Positions 42,445 to 56,560 of a stretch of DNA of 64,000 nt are shown here, in pieces. Source of the stretch: the human T2T-CHM13v2.0 reference genome, Homo sapiens. Within the stretch, counting starts at the first letter, position 1, and each line of letters begins with the position of its first letter. Made by a program: the position numbers and the translations under genes. The notes beneath the pieces were generated by a model that did not search any database, was not told the origin of the DNA, and was given only the letters and a program-made list of their open reading frames with translations. The stretch lies in the NCBI RefSeq assembly GCF_009914755.1, contig NC_060942.1. The stretch is one strand, 5' to 3'.

Positions 42445-42955
42445 ATTTGATTTATAGACTTGATGTAATTCGAACCCAAATCTCACGATGGTTTTTGGTA
42501 GTTAACAATCTCATTCTAATACTAACAGGATGTATGAAATGAAAATAAAAGGTAATCTTGAAATAAAATCTAGAAAACTTACAATATTTTAACACTTGTG
42601 ATAAAGCCATGGTATTCATGAATATAAGGTAATAGTTTGAAGACAGCCAGGAGGACCAAAGGAACCCAATAGGGAGTCCAGAAATAGACATCTGATTTTT
42701 GCCAAAGATTGCATGATAGCCCGGTGGGGAAAAGATGGCATTTTTAATAAACAATACTGGGTAATGGGTTAAGTGAATATCCACATGCAAAAAAAAAAAT
42801 TTATCTTTTCACATGGTGAACAGAAACTTACATTTTAAATGTCTAGGACAATCAATAGGCTTTGATATAAATGTGAAATGTAAAACAAAAAAATTGGGGG
42901 AGAAAACATAAGAAAATATGATCATAATTTGGGGTAGGTAAATATTTCTAATCCT
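42445..42955 (+). mobile_element. Old L1M ORF2 fragment; a probable minus-strand L1ME 3' piece adjoins at ~42210-42440
   Basis: 'atagggagtccagaaatagacatctgatttttgccaaag...ggggaaaagatggcatttttaataaacaatactggg...atatccacatgcaaaaa'. Confidence 0.7.
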
Positions 42956-43999
42956 AATGTATGCAATGATACCTCAGAACTTTATTCTGTATATAATCAT
43001 TTTAATGAACAACGAATGATTTAATGACAAATGTTTTCCTTCAACCTTAAACTATATTTAATATCTTAGAGAAATCTTAGGTGAGCTTCCTTTTTCAATC
43101 TGTTCTTTTTATGTTTGACAACTAAGAGGATTATTTCCTTATCCCCGGATTATAAAACAAAAATGATCAGTAGCATTTCTCTCAAAATACTGATTAAAAC
43201 CTATCAATAAAATACTCTATTTCTAATACCCGACAGCAAGAAAAACAAGACAACAAACAATAAGTCATGATAAAACCCAACATTAAATATATAAAATAAA
43301 GGGATAAAATATGTGCAGTAAACCATTAAAGCTTTTAGCAAAACAAAAAAAATCCAGAAATATCCTTCAAGGAGAGACAAGGCAACATTTTTTGTCTCTC
43401 TTTGACTCCCTGGAAACACTTTTGATGAGCTAATATCCCAAAAATGCTCATTACTGTTTCTAAATTTGGAATTTCAGACAGAAATATACTTTTACTTTAT
43501 GTCCTACCTTGCCTAAAGGATTTAAACATGCCTACTAGGATGATATGAATTAAATATGGGATATTAATAAATTTATATTCATTATCTATCCCTAATGAAA
43601 GCATAAGTATCAGGAATCCACATTAAATTATTGAATGAAATGCAATTTATTTTAAATTGTACAGACTTATTCCAATAGCAGAAGTATTAATTTTTGTTTT
43701 TACATATAATTTCAAAAGAAATAAACAAGATTATAACTGTGTCCAACTGAGTTATCTCTCTCACTGATATTGCATACTTTCAAGACACAGAAAAAGAGAT
43801 TACCAAATTGTAGTTCAGAAGGAAAGATAGAAATATTTTTTAGGTAAGTCTTCAGGAGAGTCAATAAATATTATTTGACCATATATGTGAATTAATAGAG
43901 GAGTCTGACAGAGTTATTCACTTCATTAATAAAAATGTAGAAAGATATAGGAAAAATATAAAATGTATGCAAATATGTCATGGTAAACATGGCAAAATA

Positions 44000-45230
44000 A
44001 AAAGTAAAAATAAGTAAGAAATAAAAAAATGAAGAAAACAGACAAGTGAAAAAGATAAGGGAGGTAGGAAAATACGATGAAGAATCCATTCAGGATGAAT
44101 ATGAACCTAAAATAAATTAAATTTTCAAGTGTTTAATGTTGTGAAAATAAATAATATCAAGAATTAAATAAATATTATCTCATAGCTGTATTGTAATAAA
44201 CATAATAAAAAGATAATTTTAGAGCTAATGAAATTAACAAACGTCCAAAAAACATTTTACAAATAAAAATTAATAGAAATGATAACTGCCAAATAGACAT
44301 AGCTAAGTTTTAATTACTGAAATAGAGCAAATTTTCAATATAATCTCAGTGAAGGTAGAGAAAAGACAAAACAATTAATGACATTGTGGAAAAGATAATA
44401 GTTAATGGAAGACAAAGAAAAGTGAATCAGGGCACAGGTCCTGTTTTTTATGTAACAGACAAAAAATGAAGAAGAAAAAGATTTACATATAAAGCAAATA
44501 AAAGTGTCTGGAATGGAAATAATGAATACATCTACATAGATTTAATAGGAATGCCACATATCAAAAAAGAAACAAGAGTAGTTAAGTACTCAACACTTAA
44601 ACATATTCTGGTTAAAGTATGAAAACTGTAGAATAAAAACATAGTTCCTTAGTGTCTTTATCAGCTCAAGTTGTCATGGCAAAATGCCATAGACTGGGTG
44701 GGTTAAACAAAATTGATTTATTTCTTATATCTTTGAAGGCTGAGAAGTTCAAGATCAAGGTGCTGGCAGATTTTGTTTCTAGTGAAGATTTTCTTCCTGG
44801 CTTTCAAACAGCCTCCTTGAAGCAATACACGGAAGCAGAGAGAGCCTCTTCCTCTTCTTACCAAGACATAAATCCTATTTGGAAGCCCTTACCCAGGTAA
44901 CCTCATCTATCCCTAATTAAGTCCCAAAGGCCCCATCACATTGTGAATTAGGGCTTCAACATATGAATTTTGGGTGGGGACGGGAGAACAGAAGGACACA
45001 ATTCAGCTCATAGCATTCAGTTACTCAGGCAGAAAAAGGGGTTATCTACTAGGGAGGAAACACTCAGGTTGGCTTTTGATGTGTTCAAGGTAAAAATCCA
45101 GTATCTCAAGACATGAAGCAAAGTTTCTATACTTCAATTTAAAGTGAGAATTGAGAAAATGCTATAGCTCAGTTATTATTAGAACATAAACACAGGAGCA
45201 AAACATTCATAGAAATACAAAAACCTGGAA
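44000..45230 (+). mobile_element. Degenerate HAL1/L1 ORF1-like remnant hosting an MLT1A LTR
   Basis: A-rich ORF1-like motifs 'aacatattctggttaaagta' and, after the LTR, 'gttatctactagggaggaaacactcaggttggctt'. Confidence 0.4.
44653..45015 (-). mobile_element. MLT1A/MLT1A0 solo LTR
   Basis: 'aaaatgccatagactgggtgggttaaac...aggctgagaagttcaagatcaaggtgctggcagatt...ttagggcttcaacatatgaattttggg...cacaattcagctcatagca'. Confidence 0.85.
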
Positions 45231-45429
45231 TTTGGGTTTGGTGGATGCTCCATTTTGTGGTATCAATTTTTCTTCATTTGCTCCTATTTGTTTCATGTTG
45301 GCTGACTATTTGGTGGGAATATTTCAGATTTTTAAAAAAGAGATGTGTCCAGAGAACTCGGAATGATGAGGGTGTGCTGCAATGATACTTGCAGAAGAAA
45401 TGAGAAACACAGCCCACGTCAAGTTCACA

Positions 45430-45925
45430 TAGATTTTCTTCTGTTTTCTTCTAGAAGTTTTATCATTTCTAAATGCATACTACACTTAGATATAGATCTA
45501 TTTTGAGTTACTTTTTTTGTATAATGTGTGAGTTCTGTGTCCAGGTAAATTGTTCTGCATATGAGCATCCAATTGTTCCAGCATCATTGTTTGAAAGGAC
45601 TACCCTCTATTGCCTTGCCTATGTGCCTTTGTCAAAAATCAGTTGATTACATTTGTGAAGGTGTATTTATGGGCTGCATGTTCTGTTCCATCTATCTATG
45701 TGCTATCATTTTGACAATATCGTCTTGTGTGATTACTGTAACCTTTATACCAAGTCTTAAAATTAGGTAGTTCAAGTCCTCCAACTTCATTCATCTTCTT
45801 CAATATTGCATTGGTTGTTCCAGGTTTTTTGACTTTCAACATACAGTTTTTAATCAGGTTGCCAACAGTAAAAAATCCTGGCTTTTGTTTTGTTTACCAG
45901 GATTTTTAATGGGTTGTATCATAGT
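45430..45925 (-). mobile_element. Old L1M ORF2 fragment
   Basis: 'ttttcttctagaagttttat...atccaattgttccagcatcattgtttgaaaggac...ctttgtcaaaaatcagttg'. Confidence 0.8.
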
Positions 45926-46385
45926 ATCCTTTTTACAAGGATGTGTGTGTTGAATCCTTTCCAGAGCTCATTGCCAAGAGTAAATTTTGCTTCTTTTCAG
46001 GACATGGAATGTCTTTCAATAAAAGCTATGCATGATAAGTTAACTCCTTTTTAATATTGGCATCAAGGAAGCAAATAAATTAATCATATTTAGAAATAAA
46101 TGTCATTTATTATTTTTGTATAGTTGTTAATTTGATTTTTATTTTAACACTCAAACCTGCATACAGATTTAAAGGTATATATTCGTTTATATTGCAGGCC
46201 TATTAGTAGTAGGTAAAATATAAATTGTAACTAAAACTAGAACCTGGATAAACATAAATGTGCAAAGATAGAATAAAAATAGAAATTTAAATCAAAATAT
46301 CAATTAAAATGTTATCACATTTTGGTTCAGTGAAATCTTATATTTTGCATCAATTTGCTCTTCATGTTAAAAATAATAGTTACTC

Positions 46386-46609
46386 AATGAGAACACATGG
46401 ATACGGGAATGGGAAAAACATACACTGGGGCCTGTAGGCGGGTGGAGTGGGGGAAGGAGAGCATTAGGAAAAATAGCTCATGCATGCTGGGCTTAATACC
46501 TAGGTGATGGGTTGATAGGTGCAGCAAACTTCCATGGCATACATTTACCTGTGTAACAAACCTGTACATTCTGCACAAGTACCCCGAAACTTAAATTTAA
46601 AAAAATAAT
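46386..46609 (+). mobile_element. 5'-truncated L1PA (PA8-13-like) 3' end
   Basis: 'aatgagaacacatgga...gggcttaatacctaggtgatgggttgataggtgcagcaaac...gaaacttaaa'. TSD AATAA(T/C)AGTTACTC at 46372-46385 and 46610-46623. Confidence 0.9.
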
Positions 46610-47887
46610 AATAACAGTTACTCTTTCATATAGTTTGCTTTACTTTTGTTTCAAGTGATTCTCTAATAGAACTGGAGCACATGACATAAGTAAATGCAAA
46701 CTCCATTATATTCCTCAAAAGAAGAGTGTAAGAGCAAGATCATTTGCAATATTTTCAGTTAGTGGAGATGAATGTTTTATTACAGCTAGAATTCAAATTT
46801 ATAATTTAAAAAAATCTTTGGAAATGCATTGAGGCATTATCGTGGAAAAAAATACAATGAGCCCCAATTTACTTAGATTTTTTGAGTAGATGAACATTTG
46901 CAGAACAGAGAATGTGAAGATGGATTAACAACACTACAGTTATACTATTTCTCCACGTTGTACACAGAACTTCCCTAGTATAGTGGTTTCTCTTAGAACT
47001 CAATGGCAGAAAGGTCTACTCTGTTTTTAAATGGTTAAACTACTTTCTCTGGTATACCTTTTGTAGTTCATGAAAAATATATTTCATAGGATGCTGGCTC
47101 TTTCCTTTGTACATAAATAGCACTTGTCATCAATGCCCTTCAGCAAGAACAAACAACAACTGTTGAAAAAGAAGTGTGCTTAAGAGATATCACATATATA
47201 AAAGAGTCTTAAAACTAAGAGTAGAACACAGAAATCTTACAAAGTTTTTTACTTTGTTCATAAAGTATATTACTCTTTTTTTTGTACTCAAATGTGTTTG
47301 TGGCCTTGTCACAAAACTAAAATAGTAACTCCAAAAATGGTTTACCCCCAGAATCCATTTGTAAGTTCAAAATATCATCCACCGATTATCTCCAGGAATC
47401 TCACCTACACCTCATGTTTAGTGAGTGAACTTATAATTACTCTTTAAGGCCCACATTGAACCTTTGGGAAGGGTTCCTGCTAAACTCTAAGTACATTTGA
47501 GATTCTAGTGTGCTGCACTTTTAAATTATACACTTCTACATTGCCATCTAGCTCTAGACTCTAAGCAGTTTGATAAAAGTGTACATATGATCAGCATCTT
47601 TTTTTTTAACCAAAACAAACATATTACTTATCACTACAAAGTAGTAAAAGGTATGAGGACACAAGGTATTTTGTTACTTGTGTGGCTTCTGGACCATGCA
47701 GATCATTAAATTGAAATAAGAATTCTCATATATAAAATTTGAAATAAAAGTTCTCATTCATAAAATTATCTATATAGTTACATTTTCCACATCTACTACA
47801 TAAAGTACTTTGACCTTACTTCAAATTCCAGTCTATTGATTTGTCTCCTGAAATAATTTTTAGTCATTAATATTCTCCTTTCTTTAT

Positions 47888-48243
47888 TGTATTAGTTTGT
47901 TCTCACACTGCTAATAAAGACATACCCAGGACTGGGTAATTTATAAAGGAAAGAGGTTTAATGGACTCACAGTTCCACATGACTGGGAAGGCCTCACAAT
48001 TATGGTGGAAGGCAAATGAGGAGCAAAGTCACATCTTACATGGCAGCAGGCAAGAGAGCTAGTGCAGCGGAACTCCCATTTATAAAACCATCAAATCTCA
48101 CTAGACTTATTCACTACCATGAGAACAGTATGGGGAAAACCACCCCCATGATTCAATTATCTCCACCTGGCCCCACCCTTTACATGTAGGGATTATTACA
48201 ATTCAGGGTGAGATTTGGGTGAAGACTCAGCCAAACCATAACA
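47888..48243 (-). mobile_element. THE1 (THE1C-like) solo LTR
   Basis: 'tgtattagtttgttctcacactgctaataaagacatacc...gagatttgggtgaagactcagccaaaccataaca'. Confidence 0.92.
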
Positions 48244-48334
48244 TCTACCTTCTTTCCTTTCTGGAATGATTCATGGTTTTTTATTCAATTATCTCCTATT
48301 AATGTCCTAAAATTTCCTGCCTCTTGGTCTTTGT

Positions 48335-49560
48335 TCCTAACTGGGTCAGCTCAGATCTTCCACAAAGCAGAAGCTGAGCCTGAATTGGAATTAGATGTAA
48401 GAGGGCTCCTCAGGGTGAAGAAAAATGGGGGTGGCCACAGGCAGGGAAATTCTCTATGCCAAGGTGCTCTTGTGATGCCTGTGGGAGGAGAAAGCAAAGG
48501 AAGGAGAGAGCAGAAAACAAAGACTCAGGATCAGGGCAGCTTTGACAAAACCTGGGCCCAGGCAGGCCAACAAGAAATCCCAAACCAAAGATTGCTGTAA
48601 GAGTGACTCCCATGGGCAGCCCGGCCCAGCTCCAGTGACTTCGCCACGTTCTGTCATGGCCTTGGCATAAAGGCTGTGCTGAATCCCAAAGGTGCCTCAG
48701 CAGAAGGTGGGCACCCACACTGTTCGCCATAGATTGTTCTGAAGAGATCTGAGTGCTGGATCTCTACAGCTGCTCCCATCCACCCCTCCCCACCAGACCT
48801 GATGCCCCACCCACTTGCAAAAGAACACACCCTTCATAGTTCCTGTGGGTCCCTCTTCATAGTTCCTATGGGTCTCTTCATAGCGTAAAATAAAGAAGAG
48901 AGAGACTATTGGGACAAAATTCAGTTTCCCTCAGTGTCGCAAACCATATTCAATATCTCCCTCCTCCATGACATATTTTTAACTCCCTTCACCCTTGCTA
49001 TTAGCTCTTGGTGACTTCCCAGGTAGAGTGACCCAAATTTGGGCTTTCTACACATGTTAATTGAGTTAAAATTGGTTAGGGAGAAACTGAACTGACTAAG
49101 TGAACCAGCTACTTAGATTTCCAAATGCATGCCTCACGCCCTTGGAGTCCCAGTGTCCAGGAGGCAACCAGAGCTGTCCTTGAGTAGACCACTTGCCTGT
49201 CCACTGATGAGGAAGTACCCTCATGTGGTCCCTCATGGGGAACCACAATTCTTAACCCTGTAGAGTCCAGAGTTAGACGGACAGGAAGCACAAGGCGTGG
49301 AAGTGATGGCGAGTGAGCTACCACACCCCACACCTTGGTTCCTTGGGTTCCATGGGTTTTGGCTTCCAAACCCAAGTATTTTTATTATGGAAAATCAATA
49401 TGTATTCCATTAGATGCATGGGGAATCCAGAATTTTTTAAATTATATTAAAACTGAGTGCATAGAAGTTAATATAGCTCAGGGGAATGTGATTAAACCTA
49501 AGTTGGTCCTGTCCACTAGCTTGGGGTACCAGAAGTCACAAATCGTTGCTGGATAGAAAC
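48335..49560 (-). mobile_element. LTR16/LTR33-like ERVL LTR (to ~48780) with adjoining ERV3-16A3-like internal sequence
   Basis: 'aagcagaagctgag...cctgtgggaggagaaagcaaaggaagg...gctttgacaaaacct...ttctgaagagatctgagtg', followed by internal-like 'gaggaagtaccc...gaaccacaattcttaaccc'. Confidence 0.6.
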
Positions 49561-52500
49561 GTCTTCTACTTATTTATCCAAGATTTTCACAAATTAAGAG
49601 AAAATCAATACAAATTTCTAATTTATTATAAATCAAGTATGAAACAAGCTTACAGTGTGTGAGAGTCAGTAGAAAAAACAAACAATATGTTTTAATTATA
49701 GAACATATCAAGGACAATACAAATGGGCTTTGTTAGAGATAGACTATGAAATAACTACCTATGCAATATTCAAAAGCTTAAATTACAAATAAAAAAGAGA
49801 TTATGAAAATGGTGTTGTATATTTCACATTCACTAATGATCCCCACAATTACTGATGCTCTTTCTCTGTTCTCTTCTATTTTATTTCTGGAAGACCCAAT
49901 TAACTAGATTTTTATTTGGTATTGAGTCTCTGTGGTATCCTTGACAGCGAACTACAGAAGATTTTTTTTTTCTCTGAATGTACATGAATCTAGTTTCATT
50001 TCTTTCCATCCCTAAAATAAAAATTTACTACATATGTGTTACTTTCTTTCTTTCTCTTTCTCAGCCTTAGGTAAAATATTTTTGAATGTGTAATGAGCCC
50101 TTTTTCCCCTTTTATCCTCTGTTAAGGCTAGCAATAAGCATCTTTATAAAACTCTCTAGGTTAATAAAGATAACAATAATCAAATCTTCTGAATTAAAAA
50201 AAGAACAAAATGGAAAAAAATGAACACCACATATAAATGGGAGGAAGAAAATGAATAAATAAGTACTATAACTCATAGTGGAGCATGTAAATAAAGACAC
50301 TAAACTACTGGGTGCAGAAAAGGTATGAGCATTTAAAAATTAACATTATTGAGACGGTGATTGTTAGAAGTTATGAAATAATCTTGGTTTAGTTGTCTAG
50401 TATATTTTTTGTCTAATTAGTATATCTTAAGCTCTTGTCATCTCAAGATGTTTCTAGACTATAGTGCCTGATATCGAGCTATCCTTCTATAATTTTTCAC
50501 AGAAAAGGTATGCTTTCAAGAGGTTATGTCAAAAATTTATTTTTGGCATAAAACCAGATATTAGTAATTATATGGTATGGGATAACTCTTGACCTCAGAT
50601 AATCAATTGCACAAGTTCTATTATGATCTTACAACCTTAAGTCCACTGAAATTACTGTAATTAATGTACAAAAATATTCATATAAATGTATTCATATTGT
50701 GGTATGATGGCTTCTGAATAAACTTGAGATACCTGAAGCTAGTTTACCTGACTCTTTTCAGGTTTACCTCTATATTTCAAACAAACTAGAAAAGATGCAT
50801 GTTTATTGAGAGGGCATGGATAAAATAGAAGCATGTGGAAATGGGTTATTCATTTATCTAGAGTTTTACTCCTGGCTACAAAATAGGATACTCATATGGT
50901 CCTGGTGCTCTTTGAGACTGAATGTAGAGAGTGATGGATTATGGTGTTAATGACTTATCTTCTGCTATTACTTGGCTGTGCTGGGCATGCATTTTCTGCG
51001 ATAGCTGAAAAAAAAAAGCCAGGGGTTAAGGGGAAGTGGAATAAAGCTGATTTCAACTCAAACATCATCAGAACAATAAAAGCTTGACCCACTTTGTGCA
51101 ACACATAGGCCTTCTCTAAAAACAAACTCAGCTTTCTCCCACTCCTAGGACCACCACCAAACTCCTGTGTTGAAAACACCAATTACTTCTTGACAGTTCC
51201 ATTGCTCCTGAAGTTGTTACACCAAAAGAACCTTTCTATCATAGGCTTATTCCTGCCTAAGAGCCAGGCATCATGTTAAAACCTAATTCTTATTGGCTCA
51301 GCTACTTTTTCTTACATGGGAAGTCAAAGTTTGGTAATATGTATAAAAGTATTTCTCTGTTCACATGATAATAATCAGCACACATTTACATTGTATTATT
51401 GTACTCTATATCTAATTGTAATCACATGTATTTTCATTTTCTCTGAAAAAGAAATTTTATTTTAGTATTTTATAGTAAATTGTACATACTTTGACTGAAA
51501 CCTGCTTTACTATTTTTATTTATCAAAAAGAACTAAAGAAGGCTGATAGAGAAGAAAACAATTTTTAAATCTAATATATACCCTTAAATATAAAGAAATA
51601 TTTAAATACATCAAAAGAAGCACTTACATTTTCTTTCCAGATACTTTGAAAAACTCTTTTTTCTTTATTATTACCAAACATTAAGTGCTATTTGTTCAAA
51701 TGACAATGTCTAATTTGGGAATATTAAAAAGTAAAATAAAACAATAACATACCGGAAAGTACTAGCACAGCTGGAAAATGTCACTGTTATTCTCCTTTGC
51801 AAAACAGCCTTTTCATATTTCCTGTGGATATGCTATGATTGTTGCATCTGTAATGCTAACCAACCATTTAATAACACATCACAGGAAAATGTAAGCCTCG
51901 TACTAGGCTAAATATGGGTTGAAATTGTTACTATGAAACCACGTACTTAACAATGGACTCAAAGCTAGAAACAATCAGGAACACGAGGACATACTAAAAA
52001 GGAATAAATAAAAATGAAAAATAACAAGATAATTATTTTCTCAATTTCTAAGAAGAGTATTGATGAAAAATAAAAGGCCATATTATTGACTATTCACATC
52101 ATAAAATTATAGCAGATTAAAAAATGAAAGCTCCTTGCTAATAGAGATCAAATTCTATGGGGATATACACACTTACGTATTTACATGTGTGTATGTTTGT
52201 GTGTGTTTGTGTGTGTTGTGTGCGTGTCTGTATTCTTTCTTAGGTGATGCTTTTAGATTAACATAAAAATTTTTTTTGTACTACCACAAAGGGCTTCGCT
52301 GTCAGACTCACATAAAACTAGTCTTATTAGATAACAAAATTTACTCATGAAGGTTAAGACAGTGAAGCAATAAACGCTGAGTTCACTGGCTGTAGCTTTC
52401 TGAAGTCTCTTTTTCTGAGTGAGAAGATAAATCACATAATGCAGAGATGGATACAAGGAAGCCACTTAGTTTTGGGGTCCTTTTTTTGTAACTTGACAGC

Positions 52501-52720
52501 CATATTGCTATAAATTCCATATAATATGTTCTTTCTTCTGACAATTGTACCTCATAAATCCAGACATTTCAAATTTATTTATAATAATCAATCCAGATTG
52601 AACAGGAATGACTTTCCTAAAGCATTTTTAAATGAGTACAGACCAGCACATAAACTCCTCACAGTTATATTCCAGCCAGTGAATTCCAACTGCATGTTTC
52701 CAGGAGATCTGGTTAGGGTC

Positions 52721-53204
52721 TGTGAACGCAAGTTCTCTTAAAAGGAATTTGGAGGAAAGACTTTACTCCAGTGTGGAAGAAAGACATTACTCCAGTGAGC
52801 AGTTTGCAAACCAGGGAGATGCAGGCTCTGGTGTAAAACAAAGATGCTGTCTAGAGAACAAAATGAAGACAAATTTTACAGCAAACATTTCCTTCCAGGT
52901 TCCCAGTCAGGTCTGTTTATGCAAATGGAGGATGGAAACTTGCTTAGTTCTGATTGGTTTACACAGATGAGTTCTGATTGGTCAATACAGCTGATCTCTG
53001 ATGGGCTGAGGCAGGTGAGCTATGATTGGTTGGTTCAGGAGAGCTATGAAAGTTCCAAAGATTAAAAGGTATGGGTTTTCAGGGACCTCAGAGTACATGC
53101 GTGACCCTCTAGTCAGCAAATGGTCACTTGGCTCTACAATGGCCGCTGGGCTCTGAGAGGTCACTCAGTATTCATCTTGAAGGGTTGATTCTTTCAGATT
53201 CACA
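52721..53204 (-). mobile_element. ERV1-class solo LTR (MER92/MER89-like; subfamily uncertain)
   Basis: Termini TGTGAA...TTCACA, near-TSD GGTC/GGTT, repeated 'tgattgg' units, and 'ctctagtcagcaaatggtcacttggctcta'. Confidence 0.7.
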
Positions 53205-54641
53205 GGTTATAAAAGAGCACAGGCATATCTGAACCAGTATTTTACAGACCCACTGCCAACCCTTCCCTTCCCATATTTCAAGGTAAATTAGTGTCACAAA
53301 CTTATCGCAACAATGAGGTTTTATATTAAATCTAAAGCAAATTTACAACTTACCATGTTATTTATTTTAAGGTTGAGTGGTTGGACATATAATCACAGGA
53401 ATAATCAAAGTCCAAATGTGATTCATAAAAATTTTCTCTATGAAATTTGGATTTCTAACTCAGCCATTTAAAAAAAAGAAAGAAAAAAATGGTAAGAAAT
53501 ATTTAGCTAAAATAATACTCTACATGTAGCAGAAAATCTTATGGTTAATATATAAATGTGGCTATTTGAGACTTTGAATGTATGTTTCTATTGCAGCAAA
53601 TACAGGAAATTATCCACAAGTCCTTCCTCTTCACACAACAAACAATATTTCTACTAAAATACATAAAAGAACAGTATTTCATCTGTAACAGAAAAACCAA
53701 ACTAAGGTCTCCTTATATTTGGCAAGGAAAACATTCTTTGGGTGTTAACCTTGGCTCTTGACACTTGACAACTTCCTACAGATGTCATCCATGTAGAAGG
53801 TGATTGAGTTAATTAGTTGCAAAAAGAAGGGAAAATTAAATTAAGCAGAGTTGAAATATTAATCAAAGGTATACTAAAAAGTTGGTATGTTAGTGTTATC
53901 CACTCTATATAGATATGTTCAGGTGATGTTTTTTCATATACCATTGACTTTTTTTGTGTTTGTTTACTCTGCCATGTTCCAGGATGCCAGGATGCAATAT
54001 TCTTTCAGGCTTCTTGATAACACTAGTTCTAATTATTCAGTAATCTAAAAAATTATCCATAGTAGAAGCATATATGCTTTATTTGGGGTTGAAGGGTTGG
54101 ACATATATGCTTTTCTGTGGATAATTATATTTATTTGGGTACATTGAAAGTATTTAACACAAATTAGTGTATAGTACTAGCAAGTGAAGCGGATCTTCAT
54201 TGTTCAGTCACATTTTAAATTTAGAAGTGATAGGTGAAATTAATCTTTATTAGTTTGAAATATAATTCTTGTTGTAAATAGAAAATAATTGTTTTAATTT
54301 TACATTAAGTCTTTTGAAAAGAGCACCTTCAATTCTGGAAAAAAAAGCTTCAGCACTAATTTTTTTCTTAGCTAACCACCTCTTAATCTTATTGGTACAG
54401 CTTTCTTATAAATATGTTAATTTAATTAATAATGCTATCATCATTTTTGCTTGCTGGGAGTAGAATGTGTCCTTTTAGTCAGCTTTGCAACATATCTGCT
54501 TGGTGATATTTTTAATCTTCCAGTTTAATTCTCAGGGAATAATTGTATCTCCCTTTATTCATTTATATTTTTAAAAAGTAAACTACCAAATACACATGTC
54601 AATTTTGATGAAGGAAACCCACATGCTGCTAAAATCTAGAT

Positions 54642-54860
54642 CAGTGCTTCTAAAGCAAAAGTGATTCAGCTTCCCAAAGATATTGGTAATGTCTGGAGAG
54701 TCTGGCTGTCACACTGGGGATGGGAGGTGGTCGTATGCTGCTTACGTCTAGTGGATAGGGCCCAGGGATGCAGTTAAACATCTTAAAACACACAGCAAAG
54801 TCCCTCACGTGAAAGAATTACCCAGTCCAAGCTAACAATAGTGTTGAGGTTAAGTTATAC
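54642..54860 (+). mobile_element. MER20 (hAT-Charlie) DNA transposon
   Basis: 'cagtgcttct...ggtaatgtctggaga...ggctgtcacactgggga...tctagtggatagggcccagggatgcagttaaacatct...aagaattacccagtccaa...aatagtgttgaggtt'. Confidence 0.85.
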
Positions 54861-54869
54861 TAATGCAAA

Positions 54870-55960
54870 TAAGGGAAGGCAGGCTACTTTAGACAACATA
54901 GAAGAAGACCTCTCTGAGGACGTGATAAATGCAAAAGATGAATAGCAATAATAGCATGAAATGAACTTGGATGTCTAAAAGATAAGATCATCCAGGGCCT
55001 CGGCTATGCTGAAAATTCTCATTTAAATCTAATGGGAATTGGAAATCCTTGAAGGGTTTTAAAGCGTGAAGTAATATGATTAAGTTTACATTTTTAAAGT
55101 CTTGCAATATGGACTATGGTTGTAATGTAACAAGAGCTAAAACAAAGCCAGAGCTTATCCTAATAATAAACTATGTGATTCATGTAGGTATCTTGACATA
55201 CAGCAGTGGTGTAGAGATGAAACAAAGTGGAAATTGTTATAAATATTTATAAGGAAAACAACAAGATTTAGCAATAGATTTGAATATAATGTTTAGAGAA
55301 AAAAAATTAAGAATCACCTCCTAGGTTTTTGTTTATTTAATGAATTTGAAAAAAAAATTGAAAAGAAGACATAGTGCCTTTTATTGAGTTGGAGCACAAT
55401 GGGGGAGAAGAGGTATAAGGAGATGTACTTAAAGCAAGTTATATTGGCAATGCTTATCAAATATAGAAGGTTAATTTTGAAAAGACAGTGGAAAATGCTA
55501 GTCTGAATCTCAGAGAAGAAATTGGTCCTGGAGAACTTTCTAGAACATGGACAACATGTTTCAAATGTAAGAATGGATGTGATCACATAAGACAAAGTCA
55601 GAAGAAAAAGAGATGTCTGTAATGGAGCCCTTAGAATTGTTAGCATTTATAGTCTGTAGAGAAAATTAAAGTAGAGAAAGTTCCGAGCATTGAAACAATA
55701 TCCAGGAAACTGTGGCCTCCAAAGTAATCAAACAAACAAATAAAATGAGAATTTTGTGAAATAGAGTGGTAGGCCTTGTGAAGTATTGTTGAGGGCCTAA
55801 GTAAATATAAGACTCATTCCACAGAAAAAAAAATAAGTATGTGTTGCATTTGAAAATGGAATAACAATAGAAATTGTTAATAACTTTGGCATGAAACATT
55901 TTGGTCAGCAATGACAGAAACCAAACATGATTGGAGCAATGTGGTCTCCAAGCAATTTTA
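54870..55960 (-). mobile_element. L2 fragment
   Basis: 'gaagacctctctgagga', 'ggaaatccttgaagggttttaaagc...atatgattaagtttacattttta', 'gtctgaatctcagagaagaaattggtcctggag'. Confidence 0.7.
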
Positions 55961-56560
55961 TTATTGAGATAAATTTTTGAAAACTAGGAGACTATAAAAA
56001 GATTATGACCTAATAGGTTGTTGCAGATAGAAATGTTCAAAAGAGAGAAAAACTTTGCTGTTACAGAATATATATATAGTAACAATCTATGAATTCCTAG
56101 AGCACTTGAAGTATTCTGTTTGAGACCAGTTCAGACTGGAAGGACATGATCTTGAGAAAAAATCTCCTATTGTAACAGGAGGGAAAAGATGTTTGATGGT
56201 GAAAGTGCATTTGCAGGTTTGATGATGAATGAAACAGAGGTTTCTACTCATTATGAAGTATGAGTGTACCCAAGTGGGTGACATCTTCTTGCTTAGGGTA
56301 TGGGCAATCATAAATCCATGCTAAATACAAGCCTCCTGTATTTCTTCCTGCAGGATTTCTACAAATTACAAGACAGTAAATACAAATTTCTAATTTATAA
56401 TCATGAAACACAAAAGAAAAAAGTCTATAATATATAGAAGTCAGTGGAAAGAACAAACAATATATTCTCACTATAGAACATACCAAGAAGTACAGAAATG
56501 GAATTTGTTATACATTTTTAATAAATAATTATATATCCAATATTTAAAAATTAACATACA

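Noticed and set aside
50040-50076. Possible 6-nt microexon (polypyrimidine-cag|CCTTAG|gtaaaa)
   Set aside because: The pyrimidine tract is a (CTTT)n-like simple repeat, the donor is weak, and no host gene is evident.
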